A DNA stretch of 64,000 bases. Source: Saprospiraceae bacterium. GTDB lineage: Bacteria > Bacteroidota > Bacteroidia > Chitinophagales > Saprospiraceae. The notes beneath the pieces are model-generated. The model was not told the DNA's origin, searched no databases, and worked only from the letters and a program-made list of their open reading frames with translations. This document shows positions 9,852 through 20,225 of this stretch, piece by piece (position 1 is the first letter of the stretch; each line of letters opens with the position of its first letter). The stretch spans positions 1,294 to 65,293 of the forward strand of contig JBGSOH010000447.1 of assembly GCA_041739205.1 (NCBI GenBank), written 5' to 3'. The position numbers and the translations under genes are program-made.

Positions 9852-12800
9852 TTATTTATTCGTCTCTGAAGGGGATTTTACTTCCACTTGTGGTGGAATC
9901 AACTTGTACAAAATAGGCGTCACCAATCTACTTAATAGTGTACTACTGATCAAACCACCTATCAACACAATAGCAAGTGGACTTATCAATGGTGAACTTT
10001 CTAACACTAAAGGAGTCAAACCACCAATAGCTGTCATTGATGTAAGCAAAATGGGTAAAAATCTTGTCTCCGCACCATCCATAACTGCTTCATAAAGTCC
10101 CATGCCTTGTTCTCTGAGACCATTGGTATAATCTACCATCAAGATGGAGTTTTTGATTTCAATACCAATCAGTGCAATTATTCCCACTGAAGCTACAAAC
10201 GATAATGATTCGCCAGCAAAATATAATGCTAGTAACGCTCCAATGATACCCATAGGAATGACACTCAATACGATCAAGGTTGATTTGAATGTTCTAAATT
10301 CAAGAATTAATATCGCCAATAATCCGAAAACTGTCAATACTATGATCGTACCTATTCCACCAAACGACTCTTCTCTCGACTCTCTTTCCCCTGCTGCAAC
10401 GATCCGATATCCTTGTGGCAACTTGATAGCCTTACTTATGTCATCCAAAATAGATGTTGTAAGTGCATCTACATTAAATCCTTGTTGGGCAAAACTACTT
10501 ACCAAGGCATATCTTTCTTTATTGTAATGTCGTATAATAGATGCTGAAGGTCTCAGAGCGATAGTTGCAATACTATTCAAAGGTACGAGTGCCCCACTTA
10601 GGGAAGTAACGTTGATTTTATTGAATGTTTCAAGAGCATTTTCAGTATTTTGGGGAATACTTACGTTCAATTTATATTCATCACCATCATCATTTTTGAT
10701 ATTTCCTATTTCAATTCCTGCGATGGCTAGACGAACTGTTTTTGCGATTTCACCACCAGTCAGTCCATAAAGTCCAGCTTTTTGTTTGTCCACTTCGATG
10801 ACCATATCCGATTGTTTGTATTTCAGGTCATTTCTCACATATAGTGTACCTTCTCTTTCTTTAAAAAGATTTTCTATCTCCGTACTGAGTCCATCTAATG
10901 TATCCAAATTATTGCCCAAGACCCTTATTTCTACTGGCGCAGTGATAGGCGGACCTTGCTGAAATCTTTTAACTTCAATTTTTGCACCAGCTAAAGAAGA
11001 CAATTCTAAACGTGCCTTTTCGGCAAATGCAATAATCTCAGGTACATGTGCTTTTTCATCAAGATAGACGATGATTTGACCAAGATTTGCTGCGGTTTGT
11101 TTTTGAAATTCATTATAATAAATACGAGGATTTCCTTTCCCTACATTACTAGCAATGTGATGCACTTCTGGCATTTGGAGCAATTGACGCTCTATTTTCC
11201 TTACCATAACATCAGTGTGCATTAGATTTGATCCAGGTTCTGTCTCTATATCTATGGTTATGACCGGTTTTTCTGATTCTGGAAATAAACTAAACCCTAA
11301 AACTGGAACCAATAATAGTGATGCCATAAATATCAAACCTGCCACCAATAATGTCAACCAAGGATGGCCCATACACCATTCCAACAGTCTTTGATACGGA
11401 CTATTGACGTAAGTTTTGAAAGCCCTAAAGAAGAAGTTACCTTCATTTTGGCTGTCACCTTCATGAGCTTTTAATAAAATACTAGCCAAAAAAGGGATAA
11501 TCGTGACGGAAACAAATAATGAAGCCAATACAGTGACCATAACTGCCATAGGCAATGACCTGATAAAGTCGCCCGAACCTTCTGGCAAATTGGCAAGTGG
11601 AAGAAACGCTAATAATAATGTAGCTGTACAACCTAAAATGGCCACCATAATATGATTGGTCGCTGATACGGCTGCTTCTTTGGCACTGATGCCTTTTCGC
11701 ATATATCTTTCTATATTTTCAACGACTACTATACTGTCATCTACTAATAGTCCAAGCGCTATTACCATACCTACGATGCTTAGTTGATTGAGTGTATAAC
11801 CCATCAAATCTAAGAGAAACAACCCAATACTTAATGACAGTGGAATAGATATCATTACAATAAACGATGCTCTTGTTCCCAATGGCAGCAAAGTCAATAA
11901 TACCAAAAAAATGGCTATGGCAAAATCTCTTCCTAGTCCACCAAGTCTATTTTTCACACCTTTTTCTTGGTCAAATGCTTGTTCCAGTTTGATACCTTCA
12001 GGCAAGGTTTTTTCAAATTCGTCTAGAACTTTTTGAATTTGTGCTCGAGTAGAAATGATATTCTTTTTGTCTTTCATAGCAGAATTGACCCAAATAGCTC
12101 GTCGGCCGTTATACCTTGCGATGTGGTCATACGATTCTTCTTCATAATACACTTGTGCAATCTGATCCAACTTGACCATTCGACCTTCAGGTGTCACTTG
12201 GACTATTGTATTTTTTATATCATCGATATTTTCATATTCAGATGTCGTTTTGATATTATATTTTCGGTGTCCCAGGTCTATATCACCACCAGGAATATTG
12301 ACATTATTGGCTTGTAAAAGACCCAACACCTGATTCAAACCAAGTTTCATTACACCCATTTTTTCGAGATCGAGTGCAATCTTTATTTGTCTTTCAGGTG
12401 CCGCTTGTACTTCTACCCATTTTATATCCTTGATTTTTTCAATATTTTTTTCTAGTAATTCTGCATGTTTTTTCATCAGTTCCATGGATGCAGTGTCGGA
12501 TATCATGGCTGTTTGCAAGATAGCTACGTCACTACTCGATGCTTTTTTAATATCTAAAAGGATAATCCCTTCTGGCAATTCTGGTCCGATCTTATTTATT
12601 TCTCTAATGACATCATTGTTTTTTGACTCTACATCTACGCCATAATTAAATTCTGCCAACATTACTACTAGTCCATCTTTGATGGTAGTGTTTATTTTTT
12701 TTACATCAGTGAGTTGATACAATTCCTCTTCTATAGGATCTGCAATCAGTTTTTCCATGTCCTTCGGGTTTGTCCCAGGATATACCACAACGATTGAAAA

Positions 12801-12932
12801 AATCGGTGCACCAAATGGCGGATCTTCTCCTCTAGGCATATTGAGCAAAGCATTGATACCCAATACCATTACTGCAATAAATATTACCAAGGTAAACTGC
12901 CAGTTTTTAACAAAAAATTTATTAAAGCCCAT
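9852..12932 (-). CDS. RND efflux transporter permease (AcrB/HAE1-like)
   Basis: 1026 aa with about 12 TM segments and two large periplasmic loops. Typical start MGFNKFFVKNWQFTLVIFIAVMVLG. Conserved VGMVIALGLLVDDSIVVVENIER. Confidence 0.9.
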   Translation of the reverse strand: MGFNKFFVKNWQFTLVIFIAVMVLGINALLNMPRGEDPPFGAPIFSIVVVYPGTNPKDMEKLIADPIEEELYQLTDVKKINTTIKDGLVVMLAEFNYGVDVESKNNDVIREINKIGPELPEGIILLDIKKASSSDVAILQTAMISDTASMELMKKHAELLEKNIEKIKDIKWVEVQAAPERQIKIALDLEKMGVMKLGLNQVLGLLQANNVNIPGGDIDLGHRKYNIKTTSEYENIDDIKNTIVQVTPEGRMVKLDQIAQVYYEEESYDHIARYNGRRAIWVNSAMKDKKNIISTRAQIQKVLDEFEKTLPEGIKLEQAFDQEKGVKNRLGGLGRDFAIAIFLVLLTLLPLGTRASFIVMISIPLSLSIGLFLLDLMGYTLNQLSIVGMVIALGLLVDDSIVVVENIERYMRKGISAKEAAVSATNHIMVAILGCTATLLLAFLPLANLPEGSGDFIRSLPMAVMVTVLASLFVSVTIIPFLASILLKAHEGDSQNEGNFFFRAFKTYVNSPYQRLLEWCMGHPWLTLLVAGLIFMASLLLVPVLGFSLFPESEKPVITIDIETEPGSNLMHTDVMVRKIERQLLQMPEVHHIASNVGKGNPRIYYNEFQKQTAANLGQIIVYLDEKAHVPEIIAFAEKARLELSSLAGAKIEVKRFQQGPPITAPVEIRVLGNNLDTLDGLSTEIENLFKEREGTLYVRNDLKYKQSDMVIEVDKQKAGLYGLTGGEIAKTVRLAIAGIEIGNIKNDDGDEYKLNVSIPQNTENALETFNKINVTSLSGALVPLNSIATIALRPSASIIRHYNKERYALVSSFAQQGFNVDALTTSILDDISKAIKLPQGYRIVAAGERESREESFGGIGTIIVLTVFGLLAILILEFRTFKSTLIVLSVIPMGIIGALLALYFAGESLSFVASVGIIALIGIEIKNSILMVDYTNGLREQGMGLYEAVMDGAETRFLPILLTSMTAIGGLTPLVLESSPLISPLAIVLIGGLISSTLLSRLVTPILYKLIPPQVEVKSPSETNK

Positions 12933-12958
12933 TTTGTATTGTTTTTTAGTGGTAAATA

Positions 12959-14005
12959 TTATTGTACAATGACTTTATCTCCTTCTTCTAGATACATGGC
13001 ACCTGTGGTAACTATCTCATTTACACCTTCCAATCCACCACTGATAGATACCTTATCTCCAAGCAATTTTGCTATAGTTAGCTCTAGTTTTTTTGCTTTG
13101 CCATTTTCTACTGTAAAAGCAGTCCCTTTACTTCCATTCGATCTGACTAATGATTCTAGAGGAATGACGACAAATGAATCCTTTGATTTAGTACTAATAA
13201 TAATCTTTGCAGTCAATCCCGCTGCTAAACTTTTAGGTTGGTTTTTGAATCTGATTTCTACATCAAATGTTCCGCTTGCATTACCTCCCACTGAAGTTTT
13301 GTTTTTCACTGTCCCCTTAAATGTTTGTCCTGGATAAGCATCCAATTGTATTTCTACCTTATCATCATTATTCACCCTAGCCCAATCCCTATCAGTCAGC
13401 CCTGCTTTTATGATCCAATCTTTATTCCCTACACCCATGATAGCAAATATTGGTGTGCCAGGTCCTACCACTTCTCCAGTTCTCATGATGTGTTTGATCA
13501 CTTTGCCAGAAATAGGGGATCGTACTTCACTATAATTTTTATTAAATCTTGCTATTTCTACATTCCTTTTTGCAACTTCATATGCTGTTTTGGTATTTTG
13601 GTATTGCTCTAATGTAGCTACACTATCTGCTAATAAATTTTTTAGCCGATTCATGTCTCTTTCAGTTTTAATCAGACCTTCTTCAGCTTGTTGGACTTGG
13701 GCATTTATTTCATCCATAAGTAAGGTGGCTAGTAACTGACCTTGTCTTACCATATCTCCTTCTTTTACATATGTTTTCGCAATAATTCCACCTGTTTTAA
13801 ATGATGGTTTTGCTTCTGATTCGCTATAAATAATACCTAGTGCATTCATCTGAGATGCCTCGACCACATTTTCTATGGGTACAGTCTTGATATAAACACT
13901 ATTGATATCCGTTTTTTCGGCGGGACTATTGTCAACCTTTGTTTCATTTTTACAAGCCAAAAAACAAAGTGCTGTGAGAGCTATGATAATGGTTACGTAT
14001 TTCAT
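12959..14005 (-). CDS. RND efflux periplasmic adaptor (membrane fusion protein)
   Basis: Lipoprotein signal LTALCFLAC. Lipoyl/hairpin/beta-barrel pattern (VKEGDMVRQGQLLATL, coiled-coil segment, SPISGKVI). Lies immediately upstream of the RND pump. Confidence 0.85.
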   Translation of the reverse strand: MKYVTIIIALTALCFLACKNETKVDNSPAEKTDINSVYIKTVPIENVVEASQMNALGIIYSESEAKPSFKTGGIIAKTYVKEGDMVRQGQLLATLLMDEINAQVQQAEEGLIKTERDMNRLKNLLADSVATLEQYQNTKTAYEVAKRNVEIARFNKNYSEVRSPISGKVIKHIMRTGEVVGPGTPIFAIMGVGNKDWIIKAGLTDRDWARVNNDDKVEIQLDAYPGQTFKGTVKNKTSVGGNASGTFDVEIRFKNQPKSLAAGLTAKIIISTKSKDSFVVIPLESLVRSNGSKGTAFTVENGKAKKLELTIAKLLGDKVSISGGLEGVNEIVTTGAMYLEEGDKVIVQ

Positions 14006-14056
14006 CTTAGAAAATTTTGATTTTAGATTTGAGAGAAAATAAAGTAGATGATGTTT

Positions 14057-15373
14057 TTATTGAATTGGGTATGAAGCAGTTGCATATACATATTCTGCCC
14101 ACTTCACCCAAGCATTATTTTGTGCAATGATGTATTGTTGATTGATGTGTGTGACTTGTGTTTGGGCATCGATCAGGTCTAGATAATTTGCGGTGCCTTC
14201 ACGATATTTCTTTTGTACATCTTGATAGATTCTGTCTGTGGCTGCAATTCTTGATTTGTATGTGTTTGCTTGATTAATGGCTGAAAGCACATTTTCTTTT
14301 GCTATTTCAATTTGAAGCGAAATCAAATCTTCCACATGTGATTTTTGAGATTCCAATGATAATATTTCAGCTTTTATAGCTTCCTTTTTATAGGAATTTC
14401 TTTTACTATCAAAAATATTTACTTCCAAATTTATGCCAAATAAAGCGTATGGCTCAAAACCAAAATCAAAATCCTGTGACCCCAAATCCAATTGAGCTCC
14501 GATTTTTGGGACGTAATAATTATTCTCCTTCTCTATCGCAAGCGACTGCATCTTTATACCTTGGTTGATTTGTTGTATATCTTCTCTAAGTCCTACCTTA
14601 GTATCAATGATTACTGGCAATTCAGGTAGTTCTATTTCTTCGACAACTTCATCTTTTGTCATTCCTGTCAGGAATTTAAAATAACTTATAGCATTTGTAT
14701 GATTTGCTATTGCATCTATTTTTTGACTCATATTATTGGATGATTGATTTTCAATCCTAGAGAGTGCAGATGGCAACGCAATACCATTTTTAATCATGCT
14801 TTGAGTAGTTCGTTTTGCCTCAGTGATCAAAGTATCTGCCGATTCATAAATGGCAATAGCTTTTTTACTTGTCTTTACTGAAAAATATGCGATCATTACT
14901 TCTTTGCTTAATTCACGTTTGAATGCTTTGACTTCCAACTCTTTAGTGACTATTGCTTCAGCCTTAAGCTTTTTGTTGATAGCTAGATCCGGATAATAAA
15001 TAGGTTGAGTGATTCTAAATCTTGCGTCATAAAAATTATTCGGCAAAAACTGTTCATTTACATTTTCTATCTGTGGAAATACATTTGTTTGTGTCAGTTG
15101 GTTTAATGTTCCGTATACAGGATTTAGGAGGTCTCCAACTGGAAAATTTATACTTCTACCACCTGATGCAAGTGTATATTGTGTCCCGAAAACAACAGTA
15201 GGACCGTAGAGAGATTTAGCTTCCTTCAATGCTGATGAAGCTGCATCCAATTGAAATTTTTTGGTGTGTAGCATTTTATTTTTCGCCCAAGCACGATTTA
15301 TCATCGGATCAAAAGACTGTGCACTGAGATAAATGCTGAACCATAAAAGGAAGAAGATTAATTTTGCTTTCAC
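14057..15373 (-). CDS. TolC-family outer membrane efflux protein
   Basis: 438 aa with a signal peptide and two coiled-coil-rich repeats. Operon context with the MFP and RND pump. Confidence 0.8.
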   Translation of the reverse strand: MKAKLIFFLLWFSIYLSAQSFDPMINRAWAKNKMLHTKKFQLDAASSALKEAKSLYGPTVVFGTQYTLASGGRSINFPVGDLLNPVYGTLNQLTQTNVFPQIENVNEQFLPNNFYDARFRITQPIYYPDLAINKKLKAEAIVTKELEVKAFKRELSKEVMIAYFSVKTSKKAIAIYESADTLITEAKRTTQSMIKNGIALPSALSRIENQSSNNMSQKIDAIANHTNAISYFKFLTGMTKDEVVEEIELPELPVIIDTKVGLREDIQQINQGIKMQSLAIEKENNYYVPKIGAQLDLGSQDFDFGFEPYALFGINLEVNIFDSKRNSYKKEAIKAEILSLESQKSHVEDLISLQIEIAKENVLSAINQANTYKSRIAATDRIYQDVQKKYREGTANYLDLIDAQTQVTHINQQYIIAQNNAWVKWAEYVYATASYPIQ

Positions 15374-15410
15374 TGCTATATTATTTAATGGTTTTATATG
15401 TTATATTTAT

Positions 15411-15423
15411 GAACACTGTTTAT
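15411..15423. promoter_or_regulatory. Second, weaker copy of the operator core (GAACAcTGTTTAT) between tetR and the TolC gene
   Basis: Shares the 11-nt core AACACTGTTTA with the 16095..16115 palindrome. It lies 38-50 nt upstream of the TolC ATG (15373). Confidence 0.35.
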
Positions 15424-15439
15424 CTGTAAGGCAAAAAAA

Positions 15440-16054
15440 TTATTTGTCAAAAATACTCACCAACATACAATCAAGGGTCTTCTTTATTAATGTCTCTTTT
15501 TGATTAGGTTCTACTATCTCTATTCGCTCTGAATGTGCTAGCATGACCAATCCATGTACACAACTCCATAACTGAAGAGCTAGAATGCGCTCATCTTGAG
15601 ATTTTAAAGACAACCTATCAATGGCTTCTTTGCAAGTATTGGCTAAGAAATCAAACATCATCATACCTTGATCCCAATCTTCACGACATTTTTCAATATG
15701 TTTCATTGGTTTGTCAGAGCTAAACATTAAGTCATACCAATCCTTATTTTCCAATCCGAAATTTATATATGCTTCACCTATCAAATAAATGCGTTGCACG
15801 GCATCTCCTTCTGCAAAGGCGGCTGTCATGTATTTATTCATTTTCAGAAATCCCAACTCCATCAATTCGTGCAAAATTTCGTCTTTATCCTTGAAGTATA
15901 GGTAAATGGTAGCAGGACTATATTCGATATCATTGGCGATTTTACGAATAGAAAGTCCCTCTTGCCCATGTTTGAGCATGATTTTCTTAGCAGCTTGGAG
16001 GATCATTTCCTTAAGTTCTGCCTTTTCTCTTTCCTTTCTTTCTGCTAATCCCAA
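15440..16054 (-). CDS. TetR/AcrR-family transcriptional regulator, first gene of the efflux operon
   Basis: N-terminal HTH segment LSIRKIANDIEYSPATIYLYFKDKDEIL. 204 aa. Confidence 0.85.
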   Translation of the reverse strand: MGLAERKEREKAELKEMILQAAKKIMLKHGQEGLSIRKIANDIEYSPATIYLYFKDKDEILHELMELGFLKMNKYMTAAFAEGDAVQRIYLIGEAYINFGLENKDWYDLMFSSDKPMKHIEKCREDWDQGMMMFDFLANTCKEAIDRLSLKSQDERILALQLWSCVHGLVMLAHSERIEIVEPNQKETLIKKTLDCMLVSIFDK

Positions 16055-16089
16055 TACTTGAATTTTTATCTAAATAATAAATAACGGTG

Positions 16090-16097
16090 CAAATATA
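16090..16097 (-). promoter_or_regulatory. Candidate Bacteroidota -7 promoter box (TATATTTG) for the tetR-efflux operon
   Basis: Matches TAnnTTTG on the minus strand, 36 nt upstream of the tetR ATG. Confidence 0.4.
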
Positions 16098-16115
16098 CTA
16101 AACACTGTTTAGTAT
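16095..16115. promoter_or_regulatory. Perfect 10-1-10 inverted repeat ATACTAAACAcTGTTTAGTAT, a probable TetR operator in the tetR promoter spacer
   Basis: Read directly from the sequence. It lies 41-61 nt upstream of the tetR ATG (16054), between a candidate -7 box (16090..16097, TATATTTG on the minus strand) and a -33 TTG (16117..16119). Confidence 0.55.
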
Positions 16116-16127
16116 GCAAATATTTTT

Positions 16128-16168
16128 GAAAAAAAAATCCTGCATTTCCAAAAAAAGGAAATGCAGGA
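16128..16168 (-). terminator. Rho-independent terminator of the 16226..18109 gene
   Basis: 12-bp perfect stem TCCTGCATTTCC / GGAAATGCAGGA with a 7-nt loop. A 9-nt U-run follows on the minus strand. Confidence 0.8.
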
Positions 16169-16225
16169 CTATAAATTCTAAAGAATTGCTTTACAGTCTA
16201 TGTTTAGACTTTCGTAAGCAAATGC

Positions 16226-18109
16226 TTATTCTACGATTAATTTTTGTGTCGTAACTTTACCATTAACAGTAAGTTTTACAAAGTAAATACCAGTTTCATA
16301 AGTATCAACTGAAATTGGTAATATCTGTCTTCCATCTAATTTACCATAATTTCTTGAAGCTACTTGTTGTCCAATATTATTGTACACAGTCATTGACACA
16401 TCAGATGAAGACTTAAGATCCAAGTTTACAAATGTTTCATTATTTGTAGGGTTCGGAGCTATGCTTAAGCTTGCTATTTCAGATACTTCCTCTAAGCCTA
16501 CTGCAAATGACTCAGTTTTAGCACCTGTAACTATTTGACCAGTCGCGTTATCTCTAAGGAATAAAACTGATCTAATATTACCTACAACAAAAGTGTTTGG
16601 TAATGTATAATTAGCTGAAAACAAAAATGAATCACCATCTTTAACTACAGCAGGAATAACAGTTGATCTTCCTTCAAATCCGAAAGGTAAAGCACGAGCT
16701 ACTTCTTGATAAACCATTTGACTAGCAGGTACTGGGTTTGGTAGATTTTCAAATCCTCCCATTGGACCTTGTGCGCCACCTGCGTATTGGTTTACTTGTG
16801 CATAACCTGAACCTGTTCCTTTTACTTCGTCTTCCAAAATAGCAACAACAACGCTGTAATTTGCAGCATCTATATCAGCAAAAAAAGTAATGTCACCAGA
16901 AATAGTCATTTCTCTTCCTACTTTTGATTGTTCCACACTCATTTCTACTGGTGAGAACTCATTTCTAGTCACTGCAGTTAAATAAGCTGGCATCTCAGAT
17001 GGATCAATTATTGCTTCTCTATTAATAACAACAGATGGGAATCCGCCGAATCCTGGCAAGCTTGTGAGTCCTGTATCATAATCAGCAATAGCCATTGGAT
17101 CTGCATTATGAACGGCTACCCCTATGAATTCTTCTGGATAATCCTTAGACATTCTATCCATAAATACCGCACCTCTTGGGCACCAAGTACACCATGTACC
17201 AGTAGCTTCCTCTGCTACCATTTTCTTCTTAATTGATTTAGATACACCACTAAGTGTCGTAGTTGAAATATCATTAACAGCATTACCATCAGCTCCACCA
17301 TTAATTGTTAATACTTTGACAGTAATATCATAAGAAGAAGCTTTTGCTATAGGAAATGAAAAATCACCTACATAAGTTTCAAATGTATTGATATTCAAAC
17401 CAGAAACTGCATCCTGGTATGTATCAACTCCATTTGACCATTCGTATGTAAAGTTTGTGATAGGATCTATACCTTCATTTGTCAATCCGAACTCAACTTT
17501 TGCATCTTGACCAATAGGAACATATTTTGTAACTGCAGCGGTCTCTGTTGAAGCATCAACATCATTAAGAGTTGCAACCGAAATATCATCTATTAAAAGT
17601 AAAAACTGATCATTTGAATTATTTCTAAATGCAATTCTAATATCTTTACCAACATATGCAGCCAAGTTTACTAGCCTTCTAGTTAAATCTGGACTTTCTC
17701 CATTTGTTTGGAAAATGATATCTTTGAAATCTGCTGTAGCAGAACCACCAGATGCAGATACTCTAACTTGATATCCATCAGGAAAATTTGCGTCAATTGC
17801 TCTCGCTGACCAAACCAAATATGTTTTTGCATCTATACCAGAAATAACAGGAGTCATCATCCAGTCGTCAGCTGCTCCAGCGGGAGCGTACCAAGAGTTG
17901 CTAATCGCTGCAGGATTGCCATCACTAAGATTTCCAGTAATATTCCATGCATTTACAAAGGTAGCAACTTGAGCAGCAGGAGTTCTTTTATCAACATCCA
18001 AAAGGATCATATCACCAAATCCAGCAGAAAAGTCTTGATTGTATAATACCTGCGCTGACAGGCAATTTAATAATATAAACGAAATTAAAAGTGTAAAAAA
18101 ATGTTTCAT
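16226..18109 (-). CDS. T9SS type A cargo: choice-of-anchor-J-like N-terminal domain, Omp28-related thioredoxin-like CxxC domain, and Por_Secre_tail CTD
   Basis: N-terminal LYNQDFS...DDWMMTP...LLLIDDISV. EEATGTWCTWCPRG motif. C-terminal SIAPNPTNNETFVNL...TGIYFVKLTVNGKVTTQKLIVE. Confidence 0.7.
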   Translation of the reverse strand: MKHFFTLLISFILLNCLSAQVLYNQDFSAGFGDMILLDVDKRTPAAQVATFVNAWNITGNLSDGNPAAISNSWYAPAGAADDWMMTPVISGIDAKTYLVWSARAIDANFPDGYQVRVSASGGSATADFKDIIFQTNGESPDLTRRLVNLAAYVGKDIRIAFRNNSNDQFLLLIDDISVATLNDVDASTETAAVTKYVPIGQDAKVEFGLTNEGIDPITNFTYEWSNGVDTYQDAVSGLNINTFETYVGDFSFPIAKASSYDITVKVLTINGGADGNAVNDISTTTLSGVSKSIKKKMVAEEATGTWCTWCPRGAVFMDRMSKDYPEEFIGVAVHNADPMAIADYDTGLTSLPGFGGFPSVVINREAIIDPSEMPAYLTAVTRNEFSPVEMSVEQSKVGREMTISGDITFFADIDAANYSVVVAILEDEVKGTGSGYAQVNQYAGGAQGPMGGFENLPNPVPASQMVYQEVARALPFGFEGRSTVIPAVVKDGDSFLFSANYTLPNTFVVGNIRSVLFLRDNATGQIVTGAKTESFAVGLEEVSEIASLSIAPNPTNNETFVNLDLKSSSDVSMTVYNNIGQQVASRNYGKLDGRQILPISVDTYETGIYFVKLTVNGKVTTQKLIVE

Positions 18110-18144
18110 AAATGAGAAAAATTTAGGTAAACGTTAAATAATGA

Positions 18145-18152
18145 ACAAATAT
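18145..18152 (-). promoter_or_regulatory. Candidate -7 box (TATATTTG) for the 16226..18109 gene
   Basis: TAnnTTTG on the minus strand, 36 nt upstream of the ATG at 18109. Confidence 0.3.
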
Positions 18153-18422
18153 AGATCAAATAAATTGTTAACTAAAAATTATTACTAAAATAAAATACTT
18201 TACAAAATAACATTTTATATCCTTCCCGACAAATAGAAGATTTAAATATATTTATCTCATTTATTTTTAATCAAATTTATATTAATATACTCATAGTTAA
18301 GTGTTATAACTTATTGCTAATCAAAAGCAAATAAATAATTTATAATAGTTAAAATCTAGCATTAATGTCAAATTGCTAAAAGTTTTAGAAATTAAGGTCT
18401 TACCTAGACAATGTTAATATCA

Positions 18423-19634
18423 TTATCTCAATAAGGTAAAATTATCTAAAACTAGTTTTTCTTCGCCACCACAGGTATATTTTATTTTATAAAGATACAT
18501 CCCACTGTTTAATGGATTTCCATTAAGACTTCCATTCCATTTATCATTAAGCTCCTTTGTTTCCCATACCTTAGATCCCCACCTATCATATATTTCGAAA
18601 TAATCGATCGCATCTACGATAAATAAATTACTGATCCCATATGTATCATTAAGGCCATCATTGTTTGGCGTAAATGCTTTAGGCAATAACAAATTATTAC
18701 AATCTAACTGATCTTTATCTGCGACAAATATCCTAACACTATCAGTACTCGTACAGGTACCATGATTCATTGTAACTTCATAAGTAGTCGATTCATCGGG
18801 TGTTGCAATAGGCGATGAACTTTGATCATCATCTAAACTGATACTAGGTGTCCACAAAATATCAGAAGCGCATGTACTACCTAGTTCGAGTGTTATAGAC
18901 TCACCTTTAAAAATAGTTGTATTATCAGTAATAACCCGGTCAGGAAATTTAAAATTTGCCATGAGCTCTAATTCAGATAAAGCTCTACTATACAAAACAA
19001 TTTCATCTATCCTACCATCCAAATTCCTACTTTGTGCTGACACACAAGGGTTTGTACCTATTATTAAGCTAGTTTGTTTACTAAATACGATGGTTTCTCT
19101 TGACAATATTTTGCCTATTAAAACATTATCTAAATATACAAAATACTGAAGACCAAATTTAACCAAAACAAATCTATGCCAGCAATTGGACAAATCCAAT
19201 TTTGCTCTTGCAGAATGATAATTATTAACACTACTAGCTAATTCAAACAGGATCTCATTTGACCCTGAAAAATATCTTAAGGACATCAAAGAGTCTAAAC
19301 TTGTACAACCATTTCTATGACTAAATATATTTACTTCCTGAGTAGGCGTGTCCAACCAAAAATACATTTCAAGTGTAAAGTCTTCTTCTAAATGTTTATT
19401 TGCCTGATCAGAAATAACCAGAAAGTCGTTTGTCCCATTGAGACTAATACTTTGTTCATTAATACCGCAAACACATTTCGGATTGCCCAAAGGTGTTATT
19501 CCGGGAAAACTTATAGTCGCATCTTCATAAGTACAGTCATCAAAATTAAATTCAAATATTTTGTCCTGCGCTTGCAAACCAAAAGTTAAAAGTATGGTTA
19601 ATATACTAACTATTAATATTCTATTCTTCAACAC
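18423..19634 (-). CDS. T9SS type B cargo: LamG (Laminin_G_3) domain, Ig-like domain, and gliding-motility-associated C-terminal domain (CHU_C / Bac_Flav_CTERM)
   Basis: LDGRIDEIVLYSRALS is the LamG signature. C-terminal LLPKAFTPNNDGLNDTY...FEIYDRWGSKVWE...WNGSLNGNPLNSGMYLYKIKY. Confidence 0.8.
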   Translation of the reverse strand: MLKNRILIVSILTILLTFGLQAQDKIFEFNFDDCTYEDATISFPGITPLGNPKCVCGINEQSISLNGTNDFLVISDQANKHLEEDFTLEMYFWLDTPTQEVNIFSHRNGCTSLDSLMSLRYFSGSNEILFELASSVNNYHSARAKLDLSNCWHRFVLVKFGLQYFVYLDNVLIGKILSRETIVFSKQTSLIIGTNPCVSAQSRNLDGRIDEIVLYSRALSELELMANFKFPDRVITDNTTIFKGESITLELGSTCASDILWTPSISLDDDQSSSPIATPDESTTYEVTMNHGTCTSTDSVRIFVADKDQLDCNNLLLPKAFTPNNDGLNDTYGISNLFIVDAIDYFEIYDRWGSKVWETKELNDKWNGSLNGNPLNSGMYLYKIKYTCGGEEKLVLDNFTLLR

Positions 19635-19758
19635 TTTTCTTTTTATAAAATATCTAAAATGTATGATATAAATGAAATTTAAAAAGGGATTTAAATAATC
19701 AAAGTTTTGAGTAAGTTTCAGAGTTTACACCTCACTTTTGTCAATAACACCCCAACTA

Positions 19759-20061
19759 TTATTTAAATAAATCACCAAATCCTGGCGGAAGCATGGTTTC
19801 CATCAATTTTTGAGATTCTTCAGCTTCTACCTGTATTGCCTTTTCAATAAATCTATTGACACATAATAACAATAATTCCTCTAACATTTCTTTGTCACCT
19901 TCTGCAAAAAGTGTTTCATCAATATTTATACTGTCTATTGTCTTTGTTGCATTTCCAGAAACAGTAATACCTTGCACCGATTCTGAAATGACAACTTGCA
20001 TTAACTTGGCCTTCATCTGGTTCTGTTGTTCTTCCAGATTTCCCATTAAGTCTCCGAACAT
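19759..20061 (-). CDS. ybaB: YbaB/EbfC-family nucleoid-associated protein
   Basis: 100 aa. MFGDLMGNLEEQQNQMKAKL...VSGNATKTIDSINID... matches the family pattern. Confidence 0.75.
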   Translation of the reverse strand: MFGDLMGNLEEQQNQMKAKLMQVVISESVQGITVSGNATKTIDSINIDETLFAEGDKEMLEELLLLCVNRFIEKAIQVEAEESQKLMETMLPPGFGDLFK

Positions 20062-20225
20062 ATTATTTGTGTTTTAACACTCAAAATTACAATTATCCAT
20101 CTACTTAACTCCAATAATTCATATTGTATTTTGTATCAAGGCTTCATTTTTATTAAAAAAGTATACTTATATAAGAAGAAGTGCGTATTAAAAGTAAAAA
20201 TTTAGACTATTTAATAAGGATTGCT

